A stretch of 64,000 bases of DNA, from assembly GCF_003334815.1 (NCBI RefSeq), contig NZ_QOWO01000017.1. One strand, 5' to 3'. Both the position numbers and the translations under genes were made by a program. Positions 13,046 through 30,915 of this stretch are shown piece by piece. The stretch is from Escherichia coli (GTDB lineage Bacteria > Pseudomonadota > Gammaproteobacteria > Enterobacterales > Enterobacteriaceae). Positions within the stretch are counted from its first letter, which is position 1; every line of letters begins with the position of its first letter. Under the pieces are notes generated by a model. It was not told the origin of the DNA, did no database searches, and saw nothing but the letters and a program-made list of their open reading frames with translations.

Positions 13046-13282
13046 GAGGGGTCCATTTAACAGATTCAACCAGGGGCAAGTATGGTAAAGCATCACGCCC
13101 CGCACAAGGAAGCGGTAGTCACTGCCCGATACGGACTTTACATAACTCAACTCATTCCCCTCGCTATCCTTTTATTCAAACTTTCAAATTAAAATATTTA
13201 TCTTTCATTTTGCGATCAAAATAACACTTTTAAATCTTTCAATCTGATTAGATTAGGTTGCCGTTTGGTAATAAAACAATAA

Positions 13283-14820
<1,538 letters not shown>

Positions 14821-14830
14821 AGGCTGAAAC

Positions 14831-15985
<1,155 letters not shown>

Positions 15986-15991
15986 TCAACA

Positions 15992-16058
15992 GCGGAGATC
16001 CATTAAGGATCTCCGTGAGACTATAGAATGCCTGATGCGCTACGCTCATCAGGCATAC
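15992..16058. repeat. Perfect palindrome (cggagatcc atta aggatctccg) followed by a REP-type element (gcctgatgcgctacgctcatcaggc)
   Basis: Inverted repeats read directly in the srlD-gutM intergenic region. Confidence 0.7.
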
Positions 16059-16089
16059 AGGACTTCCGCCACTACATTAAGGAAAAGTT

Positions 16090-16449
16090 ATGGTATCCGC
16101 ACTCATCACCGTCGCCGTTATCGCCTGGTGTGCGCAACTGGCCTTAGGCGGCTGGCAAATTTCTCGTTTTAACCGTGCCTTCGACACACTATGCCAGCAA
16201 GGGCGGGTTGGCGTGGGCCGTTCCAGCGGGCGCTTTAAACCGCGGGTCGTGGTCGCCATCGCGCTGGACGATCAGCAGCGCATCGTCGACACCTTGTTTA
16301 TGAAAGGACTGACCGTCTTCGCCCGACCGCAAAAAATTCCCGCAATTACCGGTATGCATGCGGGTGATTTACAGCCCGATGTGATCTTTCCCCATGATCC
16401 ACTATCACAGAATGCTCTATCATTGGCGCTTAAACTGAAACGTGGATAA
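16090..16449 (+). CDS. gutM: Glucitol operon activator GutM
   Basis: 119-aa ORF in the expected position between srlD and srlR. Confidence 0.88.
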   Translation: MVSALITVAVIAWCAQLALGGWQISRFNRAFDTLCQQGRVGVGRSSGRFKPRVVVAIALDDQQRIVDTLFMKGLTVFARPQKIPAITGMHAGDLQPDVIFPHDPLSQNALSLALKLKRG

Positions 16450-16515
16450 TTTCGTTGTGAATGTTACTTGCTTGCGAAGTTATCATTTTGAAACCTAAAT
16501 CAGGTAATCACGCCC

Positions 16516-17289
16516 ATGAAACCTCGTCAGCGTCAGGCCGCCATTCTGGAGTATCTGCAAAAGCAGGGTAAATGCTCGGTTGAAGAATTGGCGCAATACT
16601 TTGACACCACAGGCACAACCATTCGCAAAGATCTGGTCATTCTGGAACATGCCGGAACCGTCATTCGTACTTATGGCGGAGTGGTGTTGAATAAAGAGGA
16701 ATCCGATCCGCCTATCGATCATAAAACACTCATCAACACCCACAAGAAAGAGCTGATTGCAGAAGCTGCCGTTAGTTTTATCCATGATGGCGATTCGATC
16801 ATTCTTGATGCTGGCAGTACCGTTTTGCAGATGGTTCCCCTGCTCTCGCGCTTTAATAACATCACGGTGATGACCAACAGCCTGCATATCGTCAATGCGC
16901 TATCCGAACTGGATAACGAACAAACTATCCTGATGCCAGGCGGAACGTTTCGCAAAAAATCGGCCTCATTTCACGGGCAACTGGCAGAGAATGCCTTCGA
17001 GCATTTCACCTTCGATAAATTGTTTATGGGCACCGACGGCATCGATCTCAATGCGGGCGTAACCACCTTTAACGAGGTTTATACCGTCAGTAAGGCAATG
17101 TGCAATGCCGCGCGCGAAGTGATTTTGATGGCGGACTCATCAAAGTTTGGCCGTAAAAGCCCCAACGTAGTTTGCAGTCTTGAAAGCGTCGATAAGCTGA
17201 TTACCGACGCAGGTATCGATCCGGCGTTTCGTCAGGCGCTGGAAGAGAAAGGGATCGATGTGATCATAACCGGAGAGAGCAATGAGTGA
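16516..17289 (+). CDS. srlR: Glucitol operon repressor SrlR (DeoR family)
   Basis: N-terminal DeoR HTH ([24 protein letters not shown]), 257 aa. Confidence 0.93.
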
Positions 17290-18247
17290 AGCACTACTGA
17301 ACGCGGGACGTCAGACGTTAATGCTGGAGTTGCAGGAAGCAAGCCGTTTACCGGAACGTCTGGGCGATGATTTTGTTCGCGCCGCCAATATCATCCTGCA
17401 CTGTGAAGGCAAAGTGGTGGTTTCGGGAATTGGCAAATCGGGCCACATTGGTAAGAAAATCGCCGCAACGCTTGCCAGTACCGGCACTCCGGCTTTTTTT
17501 GTCCATCCGGCAGAAGCGCTGCACGGCGATCTGGGGATGATCGAAAGCCGCGATGTGATGCTGTTTATCTCTTACTCCGGTGGCGCGAAGGAACTGGATC
17601 TGATTATTCCGCGTCTGGAAGATAAATCTATCGCGCTGCTGGCGATGACCGGCAAACCGACGTCACCGCTGGGCCTGGCGGCAAAAGCGGTGCTGGATAT
17701 CTCCGTAGAACGCGAAGCCTGCCCGATGCACCTTGCGCCGACCTCCAGCACCGTCAATACCCTGATGATGGGTGACGCGCTGGCGATGGCGGTCATGCAG
17801 GCGCGCGGATTTAATGAAGAAGATTTTGCCCGCTCCCACCCAGCCGGGGCACTGGGCGCTCGCTTGCTGAATAAAGTGCATCATCTGATGCGCCGTGACG
17901 ATGCCATCCCACAGGTGGCGTTAACCGCCAGCGTGATGGATGCGATGCTGGAACTCAGCCGCACCGGTCTGGGGCTGGTGGCGGTATGTGACGCTCAACA
18001 ACAGGTACAAGGCGTCTTTACCGACGGCGATTTACGTCGCTGGCTGGTTGGCGGCGGCGCACTCACCACGCCAGTCAATGAAGCGATGACGGTCGGCGGC
18101 ACCACGTTGCAATCGCAAAGTCGCGCCATCGACGCCAAAGAGATCCTGATGAAGCGCAAAATCACTGCCGCACCGGTGGTGGATGAAAACGGCAAACTCA
18201 CCGGCGCAATAAACCTGCAGGATTTCTATCAGGCCGGGATTATTTAA
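17282..18247 (+). CDS. gutQ: D-arabinose 5-phosphate isomerase GutQ (SIS plus CBS domains)
   Basis: Translation; 8-nt overlap with srlR. Confidence 0.93.
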
Positions 18248-19758
18248 TCCTTCAATCCCAGACGTTTCGCCAGCCGATGCAGGTTGGCGACGTCGGTTTC
18301 CAGCATCCGCGCGCAGGCAGCCCAGTTGTGATGATTTTGTGCCAGTGCCTGACGAATAGTTTCACGCTGGAACGCTTCTGTCGCTTCACGCAGGTTTTGC
18401 TTAACAACGGGCACCGCCGCCACTTCTGGCGTCGGCAACGTCACCTCAGGAAAAGCAAAATGTTGCGCCTCAAGAATCACTTCATCGCCGCTGCGGGTGG
18501 CTCTCGCCAGAACTACCGCCCGATGAATAGCATGTTCCAGTTCGCGCACGTTTCCCGGAAAACTGTAGTGTTGCAGTAAATTTCGCGCTCCGGCACTTAA
18601 TACCACGCGGGAGAGCCCCTGCCGCAAACGACACTGCTCGCAGAAATACCCCGCCAGCAGAATGACATCATCGCCCCGCTCACGCAGCGGCGGCACCGAA
18701 AGTGGAAACACGCTCAGGCGATGAAACAAATCGGCGCGGAATCGCCCTGCCAGCACCTCTTCGCGTAAATCGCGGTTAGTCGCCGCCAGCACGCGCACAT
18801 CGACCCGCAAACAACGGTCATCGCCAACGCGCTGAATATCGCCATACTGCAACACCCTCAGCAGCTTGGCCTGCAATGCCAACGACAACTCGCCGATCTC
18901 ATCCAGAAACAGCGTGCCGTTATCCGCCATTTCAAACTTCCCGCTGCGATTACTGATAGCGCCAGTAAACGCTCCTTTCACATGCCCGAACAACTCACTT
19001 TCCGCCACACTTTCCGGCAGTGCAGCACAGTTGAGATAGACCAGCGGATTCACCGCCCGTGGCGAGGCTTCATGAATCGCTTTCGCCACCAGCTCCTTAC
19101 CGGTTCCAGTCTCACCGCTGATCAGGACGTTGAGATCGGACGCCGCCACAATCTCAATCTCTTTTTTCAGTTGCGTCATGCCAGGGGACAAGCCAATCAT
19201 CTGCGTCTGTTTCACCGCTTCAAACGGCGTGGCATCGCCTGGCAGCATATTCTGGCTTTCCAGTTGTTCAATCAGCAACGCATTGCTTAACGCTCCCGCC
19301 GCCAGCGCAGCAATCAGCCGTAGCTCTTCGTCGCTGAAAACATCGAACTGATCGGGCTGCATCCCGTCGAGCGTCAGTGCGCCGATCAGGTTTTGCCCGG
19401 CAAACAATGGCAGACCAACGCAGGCGTGAACCTTCAGACTCTCCTGCCCAGGAATCAAACCGTCATAGGGATCGGGCAATTCGCTGTCTGCGGGAAAGCG
19501 CACCACATCCCCGGCGCGGGCAATCGCTTCCAGCCGTGGATGCCCTTCCAGCGCAAAGCGTCTACCGAGTACATCCTTTGCCAGACCGTCGATGGCAAGC
19601 GGAATAAACTGCCGCGAATCGTAACGTAGCAACGCAGACGCATCGCACTCCAGCACCTGACGTAGCGTGGTGATCAGGCGCTGAAAACGATCCTGGTGAC
19701 CAATCCCACGCTGCAATTCGATGGCGATATTCGCCAGCACATCAACGGAAAAACTCAT
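18244..19758 (-). CDS. norR: Anaerobic nitric oxide reductase transcription regulator NorR (sigma54 enhancer-binding protein, GAF-AAA+-HTH), 504 aa
   Basis: Start moved to [21 protein letters not shown]+ motifs GETGTGKE and GAFTGA present. Confidence 0.93.
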   Translation of the reverse strand: MSFSVDVLANIAIELQRGIGHQDRFQRLITTLRQVLECDASALLRYDSRQFIPLAIDGLAKDVLGRRFALEGHPRLEAIARAGDVVRFPADSELPDPYDGLIPGQESLKVHACVGLPLFAGQNLIGALTLDGMQPDQFDVFSDEELRLIAALAAGALSNALLIEQLESQNMLPGDATPFEAVKQTQMIGLSPGMTQLKKEIEIVAASDLNVLISGETGTGKELVAKAIHEASPRAVNPLVYLNCAALPESVAESELFGHVKGAFTGAISNRSGKFEMADNGTLFLDEIGELSLALQAKLLRVLQYGDIQRVGDDRCLRVDVRVLAATNRDLREEVLAGRFRADLFHRLSVFPLSVPPLRERGDDVILLAGYFCEQCRLRQGLSRVVLSAGARNLLQHYSFPGNVRELEHAIHRAVVLARATRSGDEVILEAQHFAFPEVTLPTPEVAAVPVVKQNLREATEAFQRETIRQALAQNHHNWAACARMLETDVANLHRLAKRLGLKD

Positions 19759-19770
19759 CTTTGCCTCACT

Positions 19771-19826
19771 GTCAATTTGACTATAGATATTGTCATATCG
19801 ACCATTTGATTGATAGTCATTTTGAC
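19771..19826. promoter_or_regulatory. Three NorR enhancer sites of GT-N7-AC type: GTCAATTTGAC (19771..19781), GTCATATCGAC (19792..19802), GTCATTTTGAC (19816..19826)
   Basis: Three closely spaced 11-bp motifs in the norR-norV divergent region. Confidence 0.8.
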
Positions 19827-19881
19827 TACTCATTAATGGGCATAATTTTATTTATAGAGTAAAAACAATCAGATAAAAAAC

Positions 19882-19897
19882 TGGCACGCAATCTGCA
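19882..19897 (+). promoter_or_regulatory. sigma54 promoter of norVW (TGGCAC-N5-tTGCA; GG/GC spaced 12 bp)
   Basis: ctggcacgcaatctgca, 48 bp upstream of the norV ATG. Confidence 0.85.
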
Positions 19898-19944
19898 ATT
19901 AGCAAGACATCTTTTTAGAACACGCTGAATAAATTGAGGTTGCT

Positions 19945-21384
19945 ATGTCTATTGTGGTGAAAAATAACATTCATTGGGTTGGTCAACGTGACTGGGAAGT
20001 GCGTGATTTTCACGGCACGGAATATAAAACGCTGCGCGGCAGCAGCTACAATAGCTACCTCATCCGCGAAGAAAAAAACGTGCTGATCGACACCGTCGAC
20101 CATAAATTCAGCCGCGAATTTGTGCAGAACCTGCGTAATGAAATCGATCTGGCGGATATCGATTACATCGTGATTAACCATGCAGAAGAGGACCACGCTG
20201 GGGCGCTGACCGAACTGATGGCACAAATTCCCGATACGCCGATCTACTGTACTGCCAACGCTATCGACTCGATAAATGGTCATCACCATCATCCGGAGTG
20301 GAATTTTAATGTGGTGAAAACTGGCGACACGCTGGATATCGGCAACGGCAAACAGCTCATTTTTGTCGAAACACCAATGCTGCACTGGCCGGACAGCATG
20401 ATGACTTACCTGACAGGCGACGCGGTGCTGTTCAGTAACGATGCTTTCGGTCAGCACTACTGTGACGAGCATCTGTTCAACGATGAAGTGGATCAGACGG
20501 AGCTTTTCGAGCAGTGCCAGCGTTACTACGCCAATATCCTGACGCCGTTCAGCCGCCTGGTAACGCCGAAAATTACCGAGATCCTGGGCTTTAACTTACC
20601 AGTCGATATGATAGCGACCTCCCACGGCGTGGTCTGGCGCGATAACCCGACGCAAATTGTCGAGCTGTACCTGAAATGGGCGGCTGATTATCAGGAAGAC
20701 AGAATCACCATTTTCTACGACACCATGTCGAATAACACCCGCATGATGGCTGACGCTATCGCCCAGGGGATTGCGGAAACCGACCCACGCGTGGCGGTGA
20801 AAATTTTCAACGTCGCCCGAAGCGATAAAAACGAAATCCTGACCAATGTCTTCCGCTCAAAAGGCGTGCTGGTCGGCACTTCGACGATGAATAACGTGAT
20901 GATGCCGAAAATCGCCGGGCTGGTGGAGGAGATGACTGGTTTACGCTTCCGTAACAAACGCGCCAGTGCTTTCGGCTCTCACGGCTGGAGCGGCGGTGCG
21001 GTGGATCGTCTTTCCACGCGCCTGCAGGATGCGGGTTTCGAAATGTCGCTCAGCCTGAAAGCCAAATGGCGACCAGACCAGGACGCTCTGGAGTTATGCC
21101 GTGAACACGGTCGCGAAATCGCCCGTCAGTGGGCGCTCGCGCCGCTGCCGCAGAGCACGGTGAATACGGTAGTTAAAGAAGAAACCTCTGCCGCCACGAC
21201 GGCTGACCTCGGCCCACGGATGCAGTGCAGCGTCTGCCGGTGGATTTACGATCCGGCAAAAGGCGAGCCAATGCAGGACGTTGCACCAGGAACGCCGTGG
21301 AGTGAAGTCACGGATAACTTCCTGTGCCCGGAATGCTCCCTCGGCAAAGACGTCTTTGACGAACTGGCATCGGAGGCAAAATGA
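19945..21384 (+). CDS. norV: Anaerobic nitric oxide reductase flavorubredoxin NorV (479 aa)
   Basis: Metallo-beta-lactamase/flavodoxin domains and C-terminal rubredoxin CxxC...CxxC. Confidence 0.95.
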   Translation: MSIVVKNNIHWVGQRDWEVRDFHGTEYKTLRGSSYNSYLIREEKNVLIDTVDHKFSREFVQNLRNEIDLADIDYIVINHAEEDHAGALTELMAQIPDTPIYCTANAIDSINGHHHHPEWNFNVVKTGDTLDIGNGKQLIFVETPMLHWPDSMMTYLTGDAVLFSNDAFGQHYCDEHLFNDEVDQTELFEQCQRYYANILTPFSRLVTPKITEILGFNLPVDMIATSHGVVWRDNPTQIVELYLKWAADYQEDRITIFYDTMSNNTRMMADAIAQGIAETDPRVAVKIFNVARSDKNEILTNVFRSKGVLVGTSTMNNVMMPKIAGLVEEMTGLRFRNKRASAFGSHGWSGGAVDRLSTRLQDAGFEMSLSLKAKWRPDQDALELCREHGREIARQWALAPLPQSTVNTVVKEETSAATTADLGPRMQCSVCRWIYDPAKGEPMQDVAPGTPWSEVTDNFLCPECSLGKDVFDELASEAK

Positions 21385-22514
21385 GCAACGGCATTGTGAT
21401 CATTGGTTCGGGCTTCGCCGCCCGACAACTGGTGAAAAATATTCGCAAACAGGACGCCACTATTCCATTAACCTTGATTGCCGCCGACAGCATAGATGAG
21501 TACAACAAACCTGACCTCAGCCATGTTATCAGTCAGGGGCAACGTGCCGACGACCTTACCCGCCAGACGGCGGGTGAATTTGCCGAGCAGTTTAATCTGC
21601 GCCTGTTTCCGCACACCTGGGTGACGGATATCGATGCCGAAGCCCATGTGGTGAAAAGCCAGAATAATCAGTGGCAATACGACAAGTTAGTGCTGGCAAC
21701 CGGTGCCAGCGCCTTTGTCCCGCCTGTGCCTGGGCGTGAGTTAATGCTGACGTTAAATAGTCAGCAAGAGTATCGCGCCTGTGAAACGCAACTGCGGGAT
21801 GCCCGACGCGTGTTGATTGTTGGCGGTGGTTTGATTGGTAGCGAACTGGCGATGGATTTTTGTCGTGCAGGCAAAGCGGTCACGCTAATCGACAACGCTG
21901 CCAGTATTCTGGCGTCGTTAATGCCACCGGAAGTAAGCAGCCGCTTGCAGCATCGGTTGACGGAGATGGGTGTTCATCTGCTGTTGAAATCTCAGTTGCA
22001 GGGGCTGGAAAAAACGGATTCTGGCATTCTGGCAACGCTGGACCGCCAGCGTAGCATCGAAGTGGATGCGGTAATTGCCGCCACCGGACTGCGCCCGGAA
22101 ACCGCCCTGGCACGACGCGCCGGGCTGACGATTAATCGCGGCGTTTGCGTCGATAGTTATCTGCAAACCAGTAATACCGATATTTACGCGCTGGGCGATT
22201 GCGCGGAAATTAACGGTCAGGTATTGCCGTTCCTCCAGCCGATTCAACTTAGCGCGATGGTGCTGGCAAAAAATCTTCTCGGCAATAACACGCCGCTGAA
22301 ACTCCCGGCGATGCTGGTGAAAATCAAAACGCCGGAATTACCGCTGCATCTGGCAGGCGAAACCCAGCGTCAGGATTTACGCTGGCAAATTAATACCGAA
22401 CGCCAGGGAATGGTGGCGCGCGGCGTTGACGATGCTGACCAGCTTCGCGCCTTTGTGGTCAGTGAGGATCGGATGAAAGAGGCATTTGGATTGTTGAAAA
22501 CATTGCCGATGTAG
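21381..22514 (+). CDS. norW: NADH:flavorubredoxin reductase NorW
   Basis: N-terminal FAD-binding GxGxxA (IIGSGFAA); 4-nt overlap with norV. Confidence 0.93.
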   Translation: MSNGIVIIGSGFAARQLVKNIRKQDATIPLTLIAADSIDEYNKPDLSHVISQGQRADDLTRQTAGEFAEQFNLRLFPHTWVTDIDAEAHVVKSQNNQWQYDKLVLATGASAFVPPVPGRELMLTLNSQQEYRACETQLRDARRVLIVGGGLIGSELAMDFCRAGKAVTLIDNAASILASLMPPEVSSRLQHRLTEMGVHLLLKSQLQGLEKTDSGILATLDRQRSIEVDAVIAATGLRPETALARRAGLTINRGVCVDSYLQTSNTDIYALGDCAEINGQVLPFLQPIQLSAMVLAKNLLGNNTPLKLPAMLVKIKTPELPLHLAGETQRQDLRWQINTERQGMVARGVDDADQLRAFVVSEDRMKEAFGLLKTLPM

Positions 22515-22526
22515 GTGGGCTACTGT

Positions 22527-22618
<92 letters not shown>

Positions 22619-22641
22619 ATGGTGTCCAAATGCAACACGTT

Positions 22642-24894
22642 TTATCCGTTCTGGACTTCACCCGCTAACCAACGCGCCGCAGCAATAACCCCCTGCCCCA
22701 GAGACAAACCGCCATCACCCGCCGGTAAACTCTGTGGAAAGAGCAATGTGAAATCAGCGAGATAATGCGCCAGACGTGCACGCAGCAAACGGTTATGAAT
22801 AACCCCGCCGCTAAATACCAGCGTAGTGATACCACGCATCGTGGCCTGCTCACGCATCAACGCGGCAAAACCCTGCGCCAGCGCATCATGAAACGCCCAC
22901 GCGCGTTGATTAACCGGTGCCTGCCAGTTCAGCCACTGCTGCCAGAAAGTGGCGAGATCCAGTTGATTGTCCACCCGCGGCATTGTCACCGGATGCGTCA
23001 CTCCGTGGCATGAGGCTGCGAGCGCCTCCAGAGCACAAGCCGCTTCACCTTCATAACTTAACGTGGCTGGCGCACAGCCCAGTGCCGCCGCCACTGCATC
23101 GAAAAAACGCCCACACGATGACGCCAGCGGCGCGTTAATTCCACGCTCAATGGCCCGCGCCAGCACGCTCCAGTTTTGCTGTTGCACACTTGCTGTTTCA
23201 GAGTAATTCTGCCACTCCGGCACAAAGCGCAGGCACTGCGCCAGCAGGTTTCGCCACGGCTGCTTCGCTGCCAAATCGCCACCCGGAAGCGCCACTGCAG
23301 GCAAGCCGCCCAGGTGCTCACATTCGCGATAGTTCACCCGCAGGCACTCGCCGCCCCACAAAGCGCCGTTCTCCCCCATACCGATACCGTCGAGCGTCAA
23401 AGCAATGACATCACCGCCATCCAGCGGCCACTGATGCTCTGCCAGACACGCCGCTGCATGGGCATGATGATGCAGTACCGTTTGCGTCGGCAGATTCATT
23501 TCACGCGCCCACTGGCTGGAGACATAGCCCGGATGCGCGTCATGCACAACGTATTGCGGGGTAAAATCGTAGATGTTTTGCATCAGGCGTAACGCTTCGC
23601 GCCACTGCATCTGGATGCCATCGTCACTTAAATCGCCCAGATGCTGACTCAACACCGCTTGTTCACCGCGCACCAGGCAGAAGGTATTTTTCAGATCCGC
23701 GCCGAGACACAGCACAGGCGGAACATTTTTAAAGCCCGGAGGCAAAGCCAGCGCATCCGGCACATACCCCCGCGAACGGCGCAGCATTTCGCCGCTTTCG
23801 CGCACCACCGAATCATCCATCCGCTGCACGATGTCGCGGTTATGTATCAAGAATCCGTCGGCAATGCCCTGCAAATCCGCCAGCGCCTGTTCGTTGCTGA
23901 TAGCTGGTGGTTTACCGCTCAGGTTGCCGGAGGTCATCACCAGCGGGCATTGCAGTTCCTGTAACAGCAAATGCTGGAGCGGGTTCGCAGGCAACATTAC
24001 CCCGACTTCGTTAAGGTCAGGGGCGATATCATCACAAAGCTCAGGAACGTATTTTTTATCCACCAGCACAATCGGCGCGGCGGGCGTGGTAAGCAACTGG
24101 CGCGCAGCGTCTGGTAAACCGTCAGCCACTGGCAACATGACCGCCAGCGGTTTCGCCGGGCGATGTTTGCGCGCCCGAAGTGTCGCCACCGCGTTACTGT
24201 TACGTGCATCGCAGGCAAGATGAAATCCGCCAATCCCTTTGATGGCGACAATTTTGCCCATTTTTAACTGTGCGATAGCTGCCTGTAATGCCGCCTCTTG
24301 TTCCGCATGTTCACCATGACTTACCCATTCAAGATGCGGGCCACACTCCGGGCAGGCCACCGGCTGGGCGTGGAAGCGACGATCGAGCGGGTCACGGTAC
24401 TCTTTGTCACAGGCCGGACATAGCGGAAACGCCGCCATCACGGTAAACGGGCGGTCGTAAGGCATGGCGCGAATAATGGTGAAACGCGGGCCGCAGTGGG
24501 TACAGTTGATAAACGGATAACGATAACGCCGTTCGCCTGGGGTATTCATTTCGGCAAGGCAAGCAGGGCAAGTAGCGGCATCGGGAACAATTTGCGTATT
24601 CATGGTGCCGCCTGTGCTCTGGCGTATAGTGAACTCGGTGGGCAGTTGTGACCAGATAAACGGCTCACGCTCGACGCTATCAATACGCGCCAGCGGCGGG
24701 CAGTGCTGATACAATTGAACAAGAAACGTTTCCGGGTCTTCCCGCAGCCGGACTTCTACGCCATCGCCGTCATTACAGACATCGCCGTGAAGATTTAATT
24801 GCTGTGCCAGCTGCCAGACAAACGGACGAAAACCGACGCCCTGCACTTTGCCACGAATACGCAGTTGGACACCGCAAGATGTGTTTTTTGCCAT
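22642..24894 (-). CDS. hypF: [NiFe]-hydrogenase maturation carbamoyltransferase HypF (750 aa)
   Basis: Start moved to [25 protein letters not shown] (acylphosphatase domain), zinc-finger CxxC pairs, YrdC and Kae1-like domains. Confidence 0.93.
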
Positions 24895-25046
24895 TGAGTT
24901 ATTCCCGCCATCATGAATTGCGTAACCCGCCCTGCCGGACACGACAGCGTCGCATCCGGCAGTCACAGGTCGGCGATACCGCCCGCTCCGTATTCTACGA
25001 ATATTTCCGGGAATTCCTTTGATGCCAGAACAGTTCTGTAAGATTT

Positions 25047-25574
25047 TTAGAACATCAGCGCCGTACGGCGGCGTTTTTCTGCGCTCAGTTGTTCAAGTTT
25101 ATTACGATCGACACAAATCAGCGCATGAGTCGGGCAAGCCGCCATACACGCCGGGCCGTCTTCACGATGGTTGCACAGGTCGCATTTATTGGCTTCGGCT
25201 TTGTCAGCCCGTACATTCAGACCCGCGCCGCTGTTGCGGATCACCGGACGTACCACCACTTCCATCGCACCATACGGGCAAGCCACAACGCAGGTTTTGC
25301 AACCAATGCAACGTTCCTGCATCACATGAACAAACCCTTTATCACGGCTGATAGCACCATTCGGGCAGACGTTAGCGCACGGTGCATCTTCACACTGACG
25401 GCAAACTGTCGCCGTGGAAATGTTCACACCTTTAATGACATGGATACGCGGTAAAAAAGTTTCCGGGGTCAGCGATGCACAGTCCTGATTTTCCTGATGA
25501 GAAACCACGCACGCTACTTCACAGGTACGGCAACCAATACATTTACTCGCGTCAGCAATGATGAAACGGTTCAT
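25047..25574 (-). CDS. hydN: 4Fe-4S ferredoxin-type electron transport protein HydN (175 aa)
   Basis: Multiple CxxCxxCxxxCP ferredoxin motifs; start moved to [15 protein letters not shown]. Confidence 0.9.
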
Positions 25575-25722
25575 CAAATTCTCCAGCAATGACAGTTAAT
25601 GCGCCGATACATTCACAAATCATGCCAGTTTTTAATTTACTGTTATTTAAGGAAATTAATTTCTGTAATGCAGGAAAAACGATGTCATCGACACTAGTGA
25701 CGATGACATGTGATGACAATGT

Positions 25723-26736
25723 TTATCGCGAAGGAGCAATGAGTGAGTCGCGGCGGATCAGTTTTCCGCTGAAGGTTTTCGGCGGTGAGAAATCCCCGCC
25801 ATCGAGCATAAAAATCAGCCGTCCAATAATTTCCTGAATCATCTCAGTCACCGGAATTTTTACGCTGGAGAGCGCCGGAACGGTGTAGGGGGCAATAGCG
25901 ATATCATCGAATCCGATAACTGACACCTGCTCTGGCACCGCTACGCCGCGCTCGTGTAACGCTTTCATCGCACCTATCGCCATATCGTCGTTACTGGCAA
26001 CTAACGCGCTAAATTTAGCCCCACGTTCGAGCAACATTTCTACCCCTTCGGCCCCGCTGGCAGGCGTCCATTTACCGTTAGCGATAAGTTTTTCATTGAG
26101 CGCAATACCATGCTGCGCCAGCGCGTCTTTATACCCGGCAAGACGTTCAATGCTGGTGGGGGAATCCATCGAGCCGGTAAGGAAAGCAATCTCCTGATGC
26201 CCGGCGTTTATCAACTCTGCCACGGCGTTAAAACTGGTCTGTTTATGATCGCACCAGACGCTATGGCTGCTGTTTTTGCGCAGGCGGCGATTAAGCACCA
26301 TTATCGGCTGACTGTGCGCGTCAATGATGTCATCGATCTCATCCACGCTTAAAAAACGCGGGTAAATCATGATCGCGTCGCAGCGCAGATCCAGCAGATA
26401 CTGAATCGCCTGGCGCTCTTCTTCTGCGCTGTGTTTACCATCTGCCAATAGCAACTGCCGCCCTTTCTCTTCCGCCATTCGCGCGGCATGAAAGAGTAAT
26501 TCACTAAAATAAATGCCGTGGTAAAGCGTGTTGGTCACTACCAGCCCCAGCGTCTGAGTACTCTTCGCCGACAGATTGCGCGCCAGCAAGTTTGGACGGT
26601 AACCGCTCTCTTCTACCGCCTGAAACACGCGATCTTTAGTCTCCTGGCTGACGTAGCCATTACCTGAAAGCACGCGGGAAACGGTCGCTTTTGAAACCCC
26701 GGCGCGCTTCGCCACTTCCAGCATCGTCGTCATCAT
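25723..26736 (-). CDS. ascG: LacI-family repressor AscG of the cryptic asc (arbutin/salicin/cellobiose) operon; intact, no IS insertion
   Basis: LacI HTH (MTTMLEVAKRAGVSKATVSRVLSG); start assigned to the ATG with the best SD spacing (M22 of the ORF track), one-codon ambiguity. Confidence 0.88.
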   Translation of the reverse strand: MMTTMLEVAKRAGVSKATVSRVLSGNGYVSQETKDRVFQAVEESGYRPNLLARNLSAKSTQTLGLVVTNTLYHGIYFSELLFHAARMAEEKGRQLLLADGKHSAEEERQAIQYLLDLRCDAIMIYPRFLSVDEIDDIIDAHSQPIMVLNRRLRKNSSHSVWCDHKQTSFNAVAELINAGHQEIAFLTGSMDSPTSIERLAGYKDALAQHGIALNEKLIANGKWTPASGAEGVEMLLERGAKFSALVASNDDMAIGAMKALHERGVAVPEQVSVIGFDDIAIAPYTVPALSSVKIPVTEMIQEIIGRLIFMLDGGDFSPPKTFSGKLIRRDSLIAPSR

Positions 26737-26820
26737 TTTCATCCCTTTACACGCAATCAACGCAGTGTACTGCACCGTTTGCCGATTGTCCTTGCACAAT
26801 CGGCGGGAAAAATATTCAGG

Positions 26821-26907
26821 TGACCGGTTTCACAAATATAAAAAATGAACAATTCACTCTCTTGCTTATTTAGTGACAACTATTCATGATTTTGTGAAAC
26901 CGGTTTC
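26821..26907. promoter_or_regulatory. Two palindromic operator-like sites in the ascG-ascF divergent region: tgaccggtttcaca (26821..26834) and tgtgaaaccggtttc (26893..26907)
   Basis: Near-identical GAAACCGGTTTC palindromes spaced about 72 bp apart, typical of paired LacI/GalR-family operators. Confidence 0.7.
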
Positions 26908-26992
26908 TTAATTCCGTTTCAGCATCGGCATTTTTCCGTCACGTCGACTGATAACAACTACATCTACCCTACTGATAACAGGATAAAATCCG

Positions 26993-29883
<2,891 letters not shown>

Positions 29884-29889
29884 GTAACA

Positions 29890-29975
29890 GTGCCGGATGC
29901 GGCGTGAACGCCTTATCCGGCCTACATGTCGCACGAACCATGAAGGCCCGATAAGCGCAGCGCATCGGGCAATTT
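29890..29975. repeat. BIME: two REP elements (gtgccggatgcggcgtgaacgccttatccggcctaca / aaggcccgataagcgcagcgcatcgggcaatt)
   Basis: Canonical REP palindromes between ascB and hycI. Confidence 0.85.
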
Positions 29976-30041
29976 AGCATTTGGCATCAGAGCTGGTTCA
30001 CCCCATCAAGAACATCCCTGTCCTGATTCCTTAATGAAAAA

Positions 30042-30512
30042 CTACTCTTCTTCCACCGCTAACTGCGCGAAGCCGCCATTTCCTTCCCAGCCTTCCAGTC
30101 GTTGATAAACGGTTTCTACCGCATCTTTAATCGGCTGGGTCATCGGGTAGTAAAAGCCGACGATATCCGGCTGAATGCCGAGGAAAATCACTTCGCCAAT
30201 ATCTTCTTTCAACTGGTCGATAAGGTAATTCAACGGCATGTTATGGGTAGTCATCATAAACATCTCGGCGATATCATCCGGGTCGATGATGCGGATCTCG
30301 CCGGGGTTTAGCCCCATATCCGTGGCGTCGACAATCAGCAGTCGTGTCGGGCGCAGTTCACGGATAGCGACGATGTCGTTTTCCGGTGCGCTACCGCCGT
30401 CAATCACCACCCAGTTACCTTTCGGCGCGGCGGCGCACTTTTCCGCCAGCAGCGGACCTGCGCCATCATCGCCCATCATGCTATTGCCAACACAGAGTAA
30501 AACGTCAGTCAC
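30042..30512 (-). CDS. hycI: Hydrogenase 3 maturation endopeptidase HycI
   Basis: Translation and operon position, 156 aa. Confidence 0.93.
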   Translation of the reverse strand: MTDVLLCVGNSMMGDDGAGPLLAEKCAAAPKGNWVVIDGGSAPENDIVAIRELRPTRLLIVDATDMGLNPGEIRIIDPDDIAEMFMMTTHNMPLNYLIDQLKEDIGEVIFLGIQPDIVGFYYPMTQPIKDAVETVYQRLEGWEGNGGFAQLAVEEE

Positions 30513-30915
30513 GCAGTCTCCTCACCATCAAATAGATGGCGTTTTCCTGATGAATATCATGCAGCATACTTAACAGCATTGTACTCCATTCCTGCTGCTG
30601 CGAAGTTTGCGCTGCCCGGGCTTTATCGAATGCGTTGGCCAGCATCGGCACATGGTTAATGTCGATGACGATCTCACCATATTTCGGCACGCCTTCCATT
30701 TTGCGGCGGGCTTCACTGCCTGCCTCCAGAGTGGCAATCCATGCCAGATATTCATCCCACGGGCAGGTGAGCGCCGCTTCCAGGCAATCGATAACCCCAA
30801 GGTGGTGACCAATCGCCAGGCTGTAATAGACCACCTGCTGCGCCTCGGCGGGCGTGGCATCGTTCTCATCAATAAATTTACGGCTCAGTTGACTGAACAC
30901 CACCTTTTCACTCAT
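30505..30915 (-). CDS. hycH: Formate hydrogenlyase maturation protein HycH
   Basis: Translation and operon position, 136 aa. Confidence 0.92.
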   Translation of the reverse strand: MSEKVVFSQLSRKFIDENDATPAEAQQVVYYSLAIGHHLGVIDCLEAALTCPWDEYLAWIATLEAGSEARRKMEGVPKYGEIVIDINHVPMLANAFDKARAAQTSQQQEWSTMLLSMLHDIHQENAIYLMVRRLRD

